From Hydrolagus colliei (lineage: Eukaryota): DNA of 64,000 nucleotides. The stretch lies in NCBI GenBank assembly GCA_035084275.1, contig CM068745.1, positions 67,828,001 through 67,892,000 on the forward strand, written 5' to 3'. A program made the translations under genes and the position numbers. Shown here one piece after another: positions 37,382-49,565 of the stretch; position 1 is the first letter of the stretch, and every line of letters starts with the position of its first letter. The notes beneath the pieces were generated by a model. That model made no database searches. It was not told where the DNA came from and was given only the letters and a program-made list of their open reading frames with translations.

Positions 37382-38124
37382 CTATATAGGAGTCAATAGT
37401 TAATTGTTGCAGGAACACCAGGCAACGATGCTCTCTCTCCCAGGTTATTTCAATGTGGACTAGAAATATACCCATTAACAAAACAACAACAACTTTAATT
37501 TATATAGCGCCTTCCAGACGGTGTCTCAGAGCGCTTCACAATAACGGATTGTTCCAGAGCCTCAGGGTGTAGTGGCTGAAGGCACAGCTGCCGATGGTGG
37601 AGAGGATGACTCGGGGGACAAGGAGAAGGCCAGACCCGGTGGATTACTAACATTACTGACGGATAAACGAATGCTGCTTTTGGTATATTTACCTTTCGGT
37701 CAACAGTTCCTTTCATTAGCAAACGTCCCCCTCCACTACACCTCCCCCTATCCACCACTGCATATTTTGGAAAACAAAATAAACAGCTACGACAGATGGG
37801 GACTCAAGTTAAAATCTCTCAAAAGGGATGGTATCTCCGGCATCATCAGCACTCATCACCCGGAATTGCAATGTATTATCAGCCCGGATTATAAACTCAC
37901 TTCCAGATCAGGGAAACTCAATCTGCAACCCAGAAGCATGTCTATTAATATAAATGTAATTAGTATAATAACTATATGATGATGCCGAATCTTAAAACCG
38001 AAATTGCAACAGTTGCCCAACAAACAAAACCTTCCTCACCTCAAACAACAACAAAAATACATTTGTATAGCGCCTTTCACGTCAGGAGGATGTCCCAAGG
38101 CGCTGGAAGCAGCATATTACTGAC

Positions 38125-38200
38125 CTGTCAGCTTCCAACTGCTTCTCTTCTTCATCAAGATCTCCTACTTCTGGTTCTATGTCCTCCTCAGCAATTAATT
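38125..38200 (-). CDS. ZRSR2: ZRSR2 exon 3 (76 nt), acidic segment
   Basis: ttccag|AA TTA ATT GCT GAG GAG GAC...GCT GAC AG|gtcagt; LIAEEDIEPEVGDLDEEEKQLEADR; phase 1/2 fits the downstream exon. Confidence 0.85.
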
Positions 38201-38339
38201 CTGGAAGTCAATAGAGCAGCTTGTGTAAGGTTTTTACTGGTCTGCTGTCCCCCGGATGGCAAAAGTATTACCATGCCTGAGTCTCCAAACCAAATTAAAG
38301 GTTTTTTCTTAAATCAAATCTTTTTTGATCAGCCAATAT

Positions 38340-38560
38340 CTATACGCTCCCTCTTGGTGACATCATCCACATAAGTGGAGGTCAACTTCCACATGTACGC
38401 AGATGACACCCAACTTTATCCCTGCCTCCATTCTCGACTCCAGGAAAACTGCTGTCCAGACAGAATGTTTGCTATCAGAAGTCCTGGATGAGAGCTAACT
38501 TTCTACAGCTGAATCTCAACAAGACAGAGGCCCTTCTGTTTGGTTCCCATCAGCGCCTCC
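38340..38560 (+). mobile_element. L2 RT fragment
   Basis: ttccacatgtacgcagatgacacccaactttat = FHMYADDTQLY; NFLQLNLNKTE follows. Confidence 0.8.
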
Positions 38561-38624
38561 ACACATCACCCGGTGACAGCATCACCATCCATGCATGCAC
38601 ACTCCAACCAGACACAGCTCCGTA

Positions 38625-39232
38625 CAGTTAACCCTCGCCAAACGTGGGGGTTACTTTCCTGGAAAACTGCACACTTAGTAAAATCGTGTTCGGTAAGCTT
38701 AACAAGTAATGGGAAAGTGGGGGTTAGGGGAATCCAGCCACAGGCTACCCATCTCAAGCCTCCAGCCACATCCGACCAATGCAAGATACGCACTGAGGCG
38801 AGCTATAGCCGGCTGGCTCATTCTCCCTGCTCTCGTCGCTCATCACTCACCCCGCTCTCATCACTCTTCCCACTCATCACTCTCCCCACTCTCCCTGCTC
38901 CTCACTCTCCCCGCTCTCATAACTAGTACATTTGGTTGCCATGACGGTTACAAGGGCTGCAGTTAAAATAGCTAGAAATGGCGAGGCACGGGCAGTGAGA
39001 GCTAAGCGGGAGCTGACGGCGTCCCCTCAAGTAAGCATGCGAGTGGAGCCGGCTCGCGTCCTCCAAAGTGTGCATCATGCAGGACCGGCTTCCTCTCAAG
39101 TGCACATGTGTGCAGGGCCAGCCAGCGCATATACGCAAGTTTTACGCATGTTACGCAAAAAAGTGATGCATTTCTTCTTCGCGTATAGTTGAATTCGTAA
39201 TCGAGAAAGTCTTGTTTGGCGAGGGTTAACTG
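38625..39232. mobile_element. Tc1/mariner (Tigger-like) non-autonomous element
   Basis: TA|CAGTTAACCCTCGCCAAAC ... GTTTGGCGAGGGTTAACTG|TA; perfect 19-bp TIR and TA TSD. Confidence 0.88.
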
Positions 39233-39255
39233 TATATGCATGGAATGGAGTACAC

Positions 39256-39800
39256 CAGTGGCTTCCAAACTTTGAATAGCGGCGTCCCACCTAACTCAGC
39301 AATGTTTTCATTGTGCCCGCCCTCCTTCGCACTTGGCTCCGCACACTCGGGTCCTCAGCTCTGCCACAGCTCCAATCAGGTCCTCGCCTGTTTGTGAGTC
39401 CTGGCTCTGGTGACCAGCGATGCCGGGAGGACCCCCCCGGGGGCAGGGGCGCATATCAATTATGCATGGTTCGGCAGTTTATGTATTGTTTCCAAATATG
39501 TTCCTTACACAGGGTGTGTTGTATTCTGGAGATGTCATGCCGTGTCATACATCCCGAGGCAAAACAACTTCTTGCAGTAATGAGTTTCTGTCCTTATCTT
39601 AATGCCCTTATTCTAATCAGGAACAGATGCAGGGTACACTACTAAAAACGACAGGAACATTTCTTCTTTCAGCGGCTAGTAGATGGCATTCTTTACAGCA
39701 GTGGCTTCCAAACTTTGAAAGCGGCGCTCCAACTCAGCGACGTTTTTGTTGCGCCCCCCCCTTCACACTCGGCTCCACACACTCGGGTCCTGTGCTCCAC
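39256..39800 (+). mobile_element. Two direct copies of a hAT-Charlie-like terminus
   Basis: CAGTGGCTTCCAAACTTTGAA..GCGGCG starts at 39256 and at 39699, with similarity continuing for ~100 bp; no matching right end seen. Confidence 0.55.
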
Positions 39801-39983
39801 GTCGGCACCCCTGCCCGGGGCTCCATCGGTGATCGCCGGGTCGGCGGGCAAGGGGAGGAGCCGGCCGGCCGACTATTGATCTTCCACTTACCAAAAAACC
39901 TACTCTTTAGTCTTTCAAATCCAATAGCAAGCAGTTTCTTCAGGAACTCAAATAACTGAGTTCCGATGGCTATTTGTAGGACT

Positions 39984-40153
39984 TAGGGTGCGCACGCATA
40001 TATCGCCGGACACGGTTTACCAATATTTGCGATATAGATTTTTTTTCATATCGAATTTTTGGACATATCAATATTTTTTAAATTCCAATATCGGCATATC
40101 GATATGAAAATTATATCAATATAAAAGATATATAGATATATCGCCGGATCCTA
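39984..40153. mobile_element. Short hAT-type MITE related to family A ends
   Basis: TAGGG...CCTA ends, 8-bp TSD gtaggact/gtaggacg, repeated ATATCG motifs. Confidence 0.75.
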
Positions 40154-40760
40154 GTAGGACGGCATGGGTCACCCCCAAAAAACAAAACTTGCCCAATAGT
40201 TTTAACACAGAATGGTTCTTTTTTAAAAAAAACATGCTCTACCTCTGTACATGCTCTACCTTGTTTTTAAACAAATGTATTTATTTGGATAAAACCATAT
40301 ATAATTTGTTTGTTTAAACTTTTTTCCCGTAACACCACACGCATAAACAAATCAAAAACATTTTCTCCCGTGACAATTCCGCAGCGGCCCTGTCTGGCTA
40401 CCTACGCAAAACAAAAACCTCAAAAAAAACAGCCTCCACAGTCTTTGTGGGGAAAACTAAACAAAACCTGTCGTTCTCATCACATACATCAAACACCTAC
40501 ACCTCACATTCCCCTTATATAACTAGGGCCTCCTCGCTTCTCTGCGCTGCTTCCTTTACTTACCGGGAGCAGTTACAAAAAGGCTAATCCCAGCTCCACC
40601 ATCCTTCCCTTAACGGATGGCAGGCCAAAAACAAACGTAACAAGAAAAACAAAAAACCACTCTCCCCCTTGATGGGGAGAGGCTTCTCCCTTCTGTGGGA
40701 AAGTATGCAAAACATTCATTTGGGGACGCTCTCTGGTACATGCCCTACCTCTGTACACGC

Positions 40761-41723
40761 TAGGGAACGGCGATATGGGAATTTTCCGGATATGGATATA
40801 ATCGGTTGGCTCATATCGAGATATACCGAAATATCGACATTTTCAGTTTTTTCGTACTGCGCATGCGCGCGCGCATTCCGGGTGCGCGTGCATTCGGAGG
40901 CCTATCTTCTCAGGAGGTAAATATCTTTCTCTCTCTGTGTCTCTCACTCTCTCCATCTCTGTGTTTTTCTGTCTGTGTCTCTCTATGTCTCTCTCCCTCT
41001 CTCCTCTCTCACATCCCCCCCCATCTCTATCTATCTGTATATTATCACATCCACCCCGTCTCTCTCCCCCCCCGCCGTCCCTCTCTCGCACCCCCCACCC
41101 CCGTCGTCTCTCTCCCCCACCCCCCCCCCCAGCAGTCTCTCCCCCTCACCCCCCCAGCCGTCTCTTTCCCCCTCCCCCCCGCCGTCTCTCTCTCCCTCCC
41201 CCCTCCAGCCGTCTCTCTCCCCCTCCCCCCAGCCGTCTCTCTCCCTCTCTCCCCCCCCCAGCCGTCTCTCTCCCCCTCTCCTCCCCCCAGCCGTCTCTCT
41301 CCCTCTCCTCCCCTCAGCCGTCTCTCTCCCTCTCTCTCCCCCTCTCCTCCCCTCAGCCGTCTCTCTCCCCCTCTCCTCCCCCCAGCCGTCTCTCTCCCCC
41401 TCACCCCCCCCCCCCCAGCCGTCTCTCTCCCCCTCACCCCCCCCCCAGCAGTCTCTCTCCCCCTCACCCCCCCCACCCACAGCCGTCTCTCTCCCCCCAC
41501 CCCTTGCATACCTGTATATTGTATTCGAGAACTATGAATACAAGATGGCGGCTTTGCACCTCGGTCTGTGCATTGTGTATAGAGATGAACATTCTGGGTC
41601 TTGTAGTTGATTGTGCTCGCATCCCGTTTTTTTACCTCGATATATCAATATTTTTTTAATGTCTATATCAGCATATCAATATGAAAATCATATCGGGTTT
41701 TAGCGATATATCGCCATTCCCTA
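40761..41723 (+). mobile_element. Non-autonomous hAT-type element (family A, copy 2) with expanded internal minisatellite
   Basis: TIRs TAGGGAACGGCGATAT / ATATCGCCATTCCCTA; 8-bp TSD gtacacgc/gtacacac; internal (ccccccagccgtctctctcc)n array at ~41050-41500. Confidence 0.9.
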
Positions 41724-41939
41724 GTACACACCCTACCTCTGTGCACGCCCTACACTTTCCTGTCACAATACCAAGTCTCCAGCTTTATATTTGTGCTCAA
41801 TTATCCTTAACGGCTGGTGCCCAATTATCACAAACTCCAATCAAGCCTGTTTGTCGTGCAGCCCTTGTTAGCTCCCTTAAACATAGGTTGATTGCCTATA
41901 ACCATCAAAGGCAGTGACAAGCTTTATCTCCTGCTGTAA

Positions 41940-42139
41940 NNNNNNNNNNNNNNNNNNNNNNNNNNNNNNNNNNNNNNNNNNNNNNNNNNNNNNNNNNNNN
42001 NNNNNNNNNNNNNNNNNNNNNNNNNNNNNNNNNNNNNNNNNNNNNNNNNNNNNNNNNNNNNNNNNNNNNNNNNNNNNNNNNNNNNNNNNNNNNNNNNNNN
42101 NNNNNNNNNNNNNNNNNNNNNNNNNNNNNNNNNNNNNNN
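41940..42139. other. Assembly gap (200 N)
   Basis: Run of N; the round length suggests a placeholder. Confidence 1.
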
Positions 42140-43383
42140 TGGGGGGGGGAGATCAGGACAGTGGGGGGGGGGAGGGAGATCAGGGCAGTGTGGGGGGGAG
42201 GGGGGGGAGGGGGGAGATCTGGACAGTGGGGGGGGGAGGGGGGAGATCAGGACAGTGGGGGGAGGGGGGAGATCAGGGCAGTGGGGGGGGGAGGGGAGAT
42301 CAGGACAGTGGGGGCAGGGAGGGGGATAGGGAGGGGGGAGATCAGGACAGTGTGGGGGGGAGGGGGGAGATCAGGGCAGTGTGGGGGGGGGGAAGGGAGG
42401 GGGGGGGAGATCAGGACAGTGGGGGCAGGGAGGGGGTAGGGAGGGGGGAGATCAGGACAGTGTGGGGGGGAGGGGGGAGATCAGGGCAGTGTGGGGGGGA
42501 GGGAGATCAGGGCAGTGTGGGGGGGGAGGGGAGATCAGGGCAGTGTGGGGGGGGAGGGGGGAGATCAGGGCAGTGTGGGGGGGAGGGGAGATCAGGGCAG
42601 TGTGGGGGGGGGAGGGGAGATCAGGGCAGTGTGGGGGGGAGGGGAGATCAGGGCAGTGTGGGGGGGAGGGAGATCAGGGCAGTGTGGGGGGGGAGATCAG
42701 GGCAGTGTGGGGGGGAGGGGAGATCAGGGCAGTGTGGGGGGGGGAGATCAGGGCAGTGTGGGGGGGAGGGGAGATCAGGGCAGTGTGGGGGGGAGGGGAG
42801 ATCAGGGCAGTGTGGGGGGGAGGGGAGATCAGGGCAGTGTGGGGGGGGAGATCAGGGCAGTGTGGGGGGGAGGGGAGATCAGGGCAGTGTGGGGGGGAGG
42901 GGAGATCAGGGCAGTGTGGGGGGGGAGATCAGGGCAGTGTGGGGGGGAGGGGAGATCAGGGCAGTGTGGGGGGGGAGATCAGGGCAGTGTGGGGGGGAGG
43001 GGAGATCAGGGCAGTGTGGGGGGGAGGGGAGATCAGGGCAGTGTGGGGGGGGGGGGAGATCAGGGCAGTGTGGGGGGGAGGGGAGATCAGGGCAGTGTGG
43101 GGGGGGAGGGGAGATCAGGGCAGTGTGGGGGGGGAGATCAGGGCAGTGTGGGGGGGAGGGGAGATCAGGGCAGTGTGGGGGGGGAGATCAGGGCAGTGTG
43201 GGGGGGAGGGGAGATCAGGGCAGTGTGGGGGGGGGGGGAGGGGAGATCAGGGCAGTGTGGGGGGGGGGGGGGGAGATCAGGGCAGTGGGGGGGGGGGGGG
43301 GGAGGGGAGATCAGGGCAGTGTGGGGGGGGGGGGGGGGGGGGGGGAAGGGAGGGAGCGGGGAGGGGGAGGGGAGATCAGGACA
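42140..43383 (+). repeat. G-rich minisatellite in ZRSR2 intron 1
   Basis: Unit GGGAGATCAGGGCAGTGTG(G)n(A), roughly 23-30 bp with variable G-runs, repeated dozens of times; abuts the N-gap. Confidence 0.95.
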
Positions 43384-43439
43384 GAGCATTAGAAAGTGGA
43401 TCCTACTCATGTACTCATCTGACTCAGGATCAGGCTGAG

Positions 43440-43690
43440 GCCTAGGCCAGGGATTCCCGCGCTCTCAGTGTTTAAACTCCGGGAATGTCAGGCCGCTCCT
43501 GGCTGCCCTCGGGCCGGGCCGGGCCGGGCAGTGGAGGTGGGGAGTGAGGTGAGGCTGTGATCCCCCCCCCCCACCCCCCGGGGCCGGCCTCGGGTCTCAC
43601 CTGAGCCGCTGAGAAACTGCCAACATGGGCGCCGCCATCTTTGTGTGGAAAGCGTCACTGGCGGGTCACGTGGTGCCGCACAGCTCTGCA
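43440..43690 (-). promoter_or_regulatory. ZRSR2 CpG-rich promoter/first-exon region
   Basis: Local GC/CpG enrichment; YY1-type AAGATGGCGGC overlapping the ATG (43631-43641); GTCACGTG E-box (43665-43672). Confidence 0.65.
43601..43638 (-). CDS. ZRSR2: ZRSR2 first coding exon
   Basis: aagATGGCGGCGCCC...CGG CTC AG|gtgaga; MAAPMLAVSQRL(S), the MAAP start typical of ZRSR2; good Kozak context; lies in a CpG-rich patch. Confidence 0.85.
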
Positions 43691-43849
43691 CTTCTCAGTC
43701 AGTCTGTCAGTCAGTCCCAGGTCAGTGCAGGTCTGAATCAGTGCAAACTCATTGTGTGTGCATGTGTTTATTGTATTGTTGATGGTAATGAGGCCTCAAG
43801 TTCCTAACAGCTGTATTAACAAAGGCTTGAAATATATTGTGTTTTAAAA

Positions 43850-43852
<3 letters not shown>

Positions 43853-43914
<62 letters not shown>

Positions 43915-43924
43915 AGATAGATAG
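43853..43924 (+). repeat. (GATA)n microsatellite just upstream of ZRSR2
   Basis: Direct reading, with one interruption near 43900. Confidence 0.95.
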
Positions 43925-44399
43925 AAAGGCTGGATACCTCAAATAAATATCTGCAAGTGTTGGAAATAAACAATATATCATTCAATATCAGAAAGAGACA
44001 AAAACAAAACACGGTTTAACGTTTGTGGTTATACTGAAGGCACAAACGTTTTATTTGCTTCCAATTGCCTATTGATGCGCCTTTTATACCCAGCATTTGT
44101 GCTTTTATTGAGTCTGAAATCTGGCCTCCTGCATGCAGTGTCACAGCAAGACTGTTTACTCAGATAGAATTTCAGATTGGCAACTAATTATATATTTCTT
44201 TTTATAAACGAAACCCAAGGAAACCGATCTTTCTGAAAATATACGAGTGAATCTCCGGGCAAGAAAAAAAAATCTCCACATTTAGGATCCACTTTCGAAT
44301 GCTCATGGAAGGTAAATTTTGCTCATTCGCAAAGTTGGTGACTGTGACATCGACGGAATCATAGACAGTAGAACTGTCTTCTGAACCATGTGGTTTCTG

Positions 44400-46100
44400 A
44401 AGAGCATCAGCAGAATGCAGAGCAAAAGATGAATTAGTTCTTCATTGTACAGATGAATACGATGGTCATGGAGGTTGCAGTCCACTTGGAGCAGATTTAG
44501 CAGAACATGGACAAAGATTTTCTTGTAGGAACTAAAGATTGAAACCCACGAAGATATACCGTATAACCTAAGTGATTATCAATATGTTGTCCTGAGGTGC
44601 AAGTGAACTGAGTTGAACTGCCAGGATTACGGTTGGAGTAAAGTACAGATAGCAAGAGTGCTCTTAATATTATTTGTATTCTTTGAAGACTTGACATGGG
44701 ATTTGAGATTCCAACTTGAAATCTGGTGGCATTAACCTCAGATAATGCAGCTGCAATGAAGGGGTAAAAAAAATTATTTGGGGGGGCCTAAAACAAATTA
44801 GAGCACCAGGAGCCAATATTAGATGTTATTGCCACTTAGCAGACATTTGCATCAAAGCAAGCACCAAGTCTGTATATGAGCACCTGCAACAGGACTTTTT
44901 ACTGATTATCTGACATATTTTACCCTGTTCCCTGCAAGAAGAAAGCTTGGAGGAGTTTGCCATTCTTGTTGACATTGAGACATGTTAGGTGATAAAGTAT
45001 GTGGCAACAAAGTGGCTGTAAGTAACATTCTGAAATGAATTGTCGCTATGTGGTTAGCCCTGTTATTGTATTGTATGGGTCATATGAGCCCAGAACTGTG
45101 TTGGTAGAACTTATTCGCAAGATTTTATCGAGTGGAGGTTAATATCTCATTTCTTTTTCGCAAGCACAAACTTGTACCTGTTTATCAATTCATCCTTAAG
45201 CTCCAGAGCACTGCGAGACCTGGATTGGCGCTGGATTGTGTGCATGGTAACTCGTTTTTTCTGGCAGACTATCAAAAGGCTCACTGTAGTTGCTACCAAG
45301 TAACAACCTCAGTCTTCCAAGTCACTGGGACTGTTCTGCTTTCAGAGGAAGTTCGTGTCAGACTTGAAATACAGTATAACAGCACACGGGAGGATCGTCA
45401 CTGCCGGCAGAGTGACAGAAAGAAATCCTTATCAAAAATCTGCATTATTCTAAACAAATACCCTTTCAAACATACTGAAGAAAATTTCTCAGTGAATGAA
45501 CATCTATTGCAAAAATGTGGGGACAGTACTGAATGCTGCATCCAAACTTCGCCTGTCGACCAAAGTGATCGTGACTGTTGCTGCTCATTCTGGGAGTAAG
45601 CATAACCAAGGTGATCAGTGACAAGTTAATGCATTTGGTATCGTGTTATTTTATCTGTGTTGCTGATGCACTTGTTGGATTATATGGAAATAAATTCATG
45701 CCATGCAGCAGATTGCTTAGAGATGAGTAGAGGAAAAAAGTTATCAACCACTTTGAAAAGAATAGTGTTGAGCATGTTATTCTTTCTGTTGAACCAGAGG
45801 ATTTGTTCAAGAAATAATACTAGTCAATGCTAGAAATTCACAGATTCCTAGATCAATCTGCATCTGAACACACAATAAAAGCTGGACCTTTATTACCCAG
45901 AAAAGGACAAGTCAGGCTTCCTTCAGGAAAATATTAAATTACATATAGAAAAGGCAGATGACGAAAGAGAAACTTAAAATGTCACTGGGAATAAGTTAGA
46001 AAATATAATGCATAAAGATAAGAAAGCAAGTTGCTGCTTTGCAGTACAGCTATGGCAGGTGATCCTTAATGATGAAAAATAACAACTATCATAGTACTGA
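44400..46100 (+). pseudogene. Decayed hAT-superfamily transposase
   Basis: Ordered motifs with stops and frameshifts: NLVALTSDNAAAMKG (44720), RCYCHLADICIK (CxxH, 44821), VIKYVATKWL (TRW-like, ~44989-45018). Boundaries approximate. Confidence 0.7.
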
Positions 46101-49100
46101 TATATGTTGAGAATAGCAAAATAATATCAATACACTAGAAGCAATTGTTACACAATAAAATATTTGCATTATACTTGAAACACTTTGAAAGTACTCTGAA
46201 TGTGACACAAATAGCTACAGCAAGGTAACTCTGAGATCTGCATTTGAAGTTGAGAGGTACTCCGAGCTGGGAGAGGGCACAGTCCAAAGTAGATACCCTG
46301 ATTTTGACTAATTGTCTCTGAACGTTTGTGGAATGTGTCTGATGGCTGGATTTAAAGGCTGGGAGGTATCTCAAGGTCATTTGATTAGAAGAACGCCAGA
46401 TCCTCTTAATGCAATGTCCAATCACATGTGGTTCATTCAAATGAGGTTGGAATCTTTGCAATATGTTGAACAATGGAAATAAAACATTATTTGGACACCA
46501 AATCCAATACATAAAGGAACTAAAGCAAACAGTGTATCGTTTGGTTAGATATTTCCATCAGTTGTTTGTGGTGTTCTTAGTGAGTTAAACTTAATCTCTT
46601 CAACCACATGTTATTTAACAGTATTAAGTGATTAGCTTTAGGATATTCCCTTGATAAACATTTTTAGCAATGGCTTTCTCTGCACAGTGAGGCCTGCAGC
46701 ATTTCAGGGGGAACTGCGGTAAGTTCGGTTTAGATGTTTAGTTTGGCTTTGTGGTGCAAATTGTGTCTAGAATTATGTTTCAGACTTATTTAGATTCAGC
46801 ATATGAGTTACACAGCCTGTGGCTTACACTGAAATGAAAGGCAGGAATGGCCCATGTCTTATTTTTGTCTGAGATTTTGCTGCCAGTCTCACACAGCTGA
46901 TCCAACACAAATTAAATCAGACCCATCATAATGCTTTTCAGTGTGATAAACAAAGTTTGAAATTGAGACTCAACTTTTAAAAATTTAATAATATTTAAAC
47001 ATTTTTGTAAACTCTTGTATAGTGCAAATTACATGAGACTTGTAGATTTTACAAGATAATTTGTACATTGAGGATATACAGTTTTGAGTGTTTTGGTAGT
47101 GATAAATATACTGTGACATTGACAAGTGTACTGGAAATGTTTTAACTAAATGTTAAGAAACTTTACATATGCATTTAAAATTGGAAGTTCCCCGATAAAT
47201 GAGGAAGACACTTTATGTGGGGGAAAGAAAATCTAGTTTTTCAGTTTTTACTTCTGTCTGGTTGCTCACAATGAAGGTGAATTTGTTTTCATACTGTATA
47301 TTTTTAAAAGTTTGAAAATGAAACTGGACAATGTAAAATTCAATAATGTTTACACATTTTCTTGAATTTTAGTACAATGAGTTACAAATGATACTTGGAG
47401 GTTTCACATTGTTTCAACATAGAGGCCACACAGTTTTGTACGTTTTGGTAGTGGTGTTTATTGAGAGTTGTCAAGATATTCATTATTTGAAAAAATGCCT
47501 CAAATCGCTTGACAAAGCTTTTATCAAAAAAGTGTGTTTGAATAGTTTTTAATAACGTTTACATGTTTTCTTGAATTGTAACAGCATGCAAGCAACATGA
47601 CATTTTCAGATATTGAGTATACCAATGCAATTTATTGTTCTTGTGGTCATTGTACTTTGTACTTAAATGATATACTGTATAGCCCTGTCTATTTTATTTG
47701 GGAGTTGGCAGGGCACCTACCATTTAAAGGAACACCTGTCAAATATCATTGAACAGTGAATTGGGAGACTTGAAAATGTTGACCAAAGGCAGTCGAAAAA
47801 GATATGTTGTGCAATGAGTTATGTGGTTACGAGCTGGTTGTTATGTGTGCACATTGGACTGTTTGTCCCAGGTGATTTAAGAAGCTGCTGTGTTAAGTTT
47901 TCACCAGTGCCTTTGCACATTTGACTCCCAACTCCATCAACCTTGTTGACTGCTCCTTTAGGCTTAAAAAGCCTGTATGCTATCCTAGCATTACCCTAAA
48001 CCTCCATCTATGCACAAATCCCTATTGGTAAGACTGCCTTTTTCCATTCCTAGAACATTGTTTGCTTGGTGCTATCAAACTTGTTAAGTGTTTCAAGATG
48101 TGTATCCTACGTAGTTAACATGCAAGTTGTCTTTTAGATTGGCTTTGGATGTGAGCCATTTGGATGAGAAGTGAGAGTGCTATTGGAGTGGATTTGTAGA
48201 AAGGGAGCCCACACAGCTGTTGGTACATGTCACCCATGTGTTCGGCCATATATTCCTCATTCAGCCTGGCAAGTGCTCCACAGATGTCTTCCCCACATGT
48301 TTGTTGTGGGCGGTCAAAACTGTTTTTCACCAGGGGCATGCTTCACCTTCATGTTAAAAGTGGAAAGAGTAGTAGTTACAGGATAGGTTTGTAGCATGCT
48401 CCTCTAGAGTTCCTTGCATGACGAAGACATGCAATATTATTCTTGATGCTTATGGAACCTCCGTAGATGCTGGACTACTTCCAAAAAGGAAGCTTGACTG
48501 CATGTCACATCATTGAGTTCAGAAGTTCCCCAGAAGTCATACTAGTGACTATTCCCCTTGGAGGGGAATTAAGTGGGGTTCTCCGTGGCTATAAGCTGTT
48601 GCTAAGGTAACATGCGTGGGAATAGAATATTGGAATTGAGTCAGCCCTCTGTGGGAGACTTGGTCTGATGCTAGAGCCAGATACTCTATGTCAATGCTGA
48701 TATAACCAATCTGATAATAATAATAATCCTTGCATTTGATATAGCGCCTTATCACGTCTTCAATACGTCTCAAAGTGCTTCACAGAATATACTGTACAGT
48801 GAATTGACTGTATACTTTGTAGGCAAAACATGGCTTTTAAACAGAACCTGGAGGGTCAGACCAGTCACACTCAGCTTTTGTTAACCCTGTAAGCCAAAGC
48901 CCTGATTAGCTGGATGTTGCTGGTCAGGCAAGAAGCAGAACACATGCCAGACTGTGCTCTCAATTGCAAGCTATATGATTTTAGCGATTCTGCCCCCAAC
49001 ATTTGGAAATCCATCCCACAATACCTCCACCTCATCCCCTCTCTAGCCTCCTTCAAGTCCACCTCAAGACCCTCTTCTTCGACCATGCCATTGGTCACCC

Positions 49101-49317
49101 CCATCCTTCCCTCCACCTCTTGTATACTTTCTCGAATGCGCACATTTCATATTATCTGGATGATGTTGGGACATCATCCAGATGTGAAAGGCGTTCTATA
49201 AATGTAATTTTGTTGTTGATACCATTGCCTTTTTAAAAAATAAAGAGCTGTAAGTCAATGGATATCCAGTTGGGAATGAGTGAGAAGGACGAATGTAGAG
49301 AGAGAGATACTACAATA

Positions 49318-49565
49318 AATAATAATAATCCTTGTATTTGATATAGCACTTTTGATGTCTTCTGGAAAGTATTTTGCAGTATATTGTTTACAGTAATTCT
49401 GTTGACTGCATATTTGTAAGTGAAAGATGGCAACCAATTGCGCACAGCAGCATCCCACAAACAGTCATGGATTGAAGTGACCAATTTTTTTTTGAGGGAT
49501 TATTATCAGGCGTGTGGAGTAAGGAAATGTGTACAATGTTTCGTACTGCTGGGAATCAAACCCAT
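49318..49565 (-). mobile_element. tRNA-derived SINE fragment
   Basis: Tail, core and B-box region on minus. Shorter tail-only pieces also occur near 890, 2405, 4830, 14095, 20420, 28430, 36270 and 48715. Confidence 0.75.

Noticed and set aside
39892-39955. Minus-strand segment with a strong donor as ZRSR2 exon 2
   Set aside because: 64 nt gives the wrong phase, there is a stop in the required frame, and it has no similarity to the expected basic peptide.
42140-43383. CRISPR-like periodicity
   Set aside because: No unique spacers, eukaryotic context; a simple tandem repeat.
41914-43445. Long Gly/Arg-rich ORFs (492, 354 and 315 aa)
   Set aside because: They are translations of a stop-free G-rich minisatellite and the N-gap, open in all frames.
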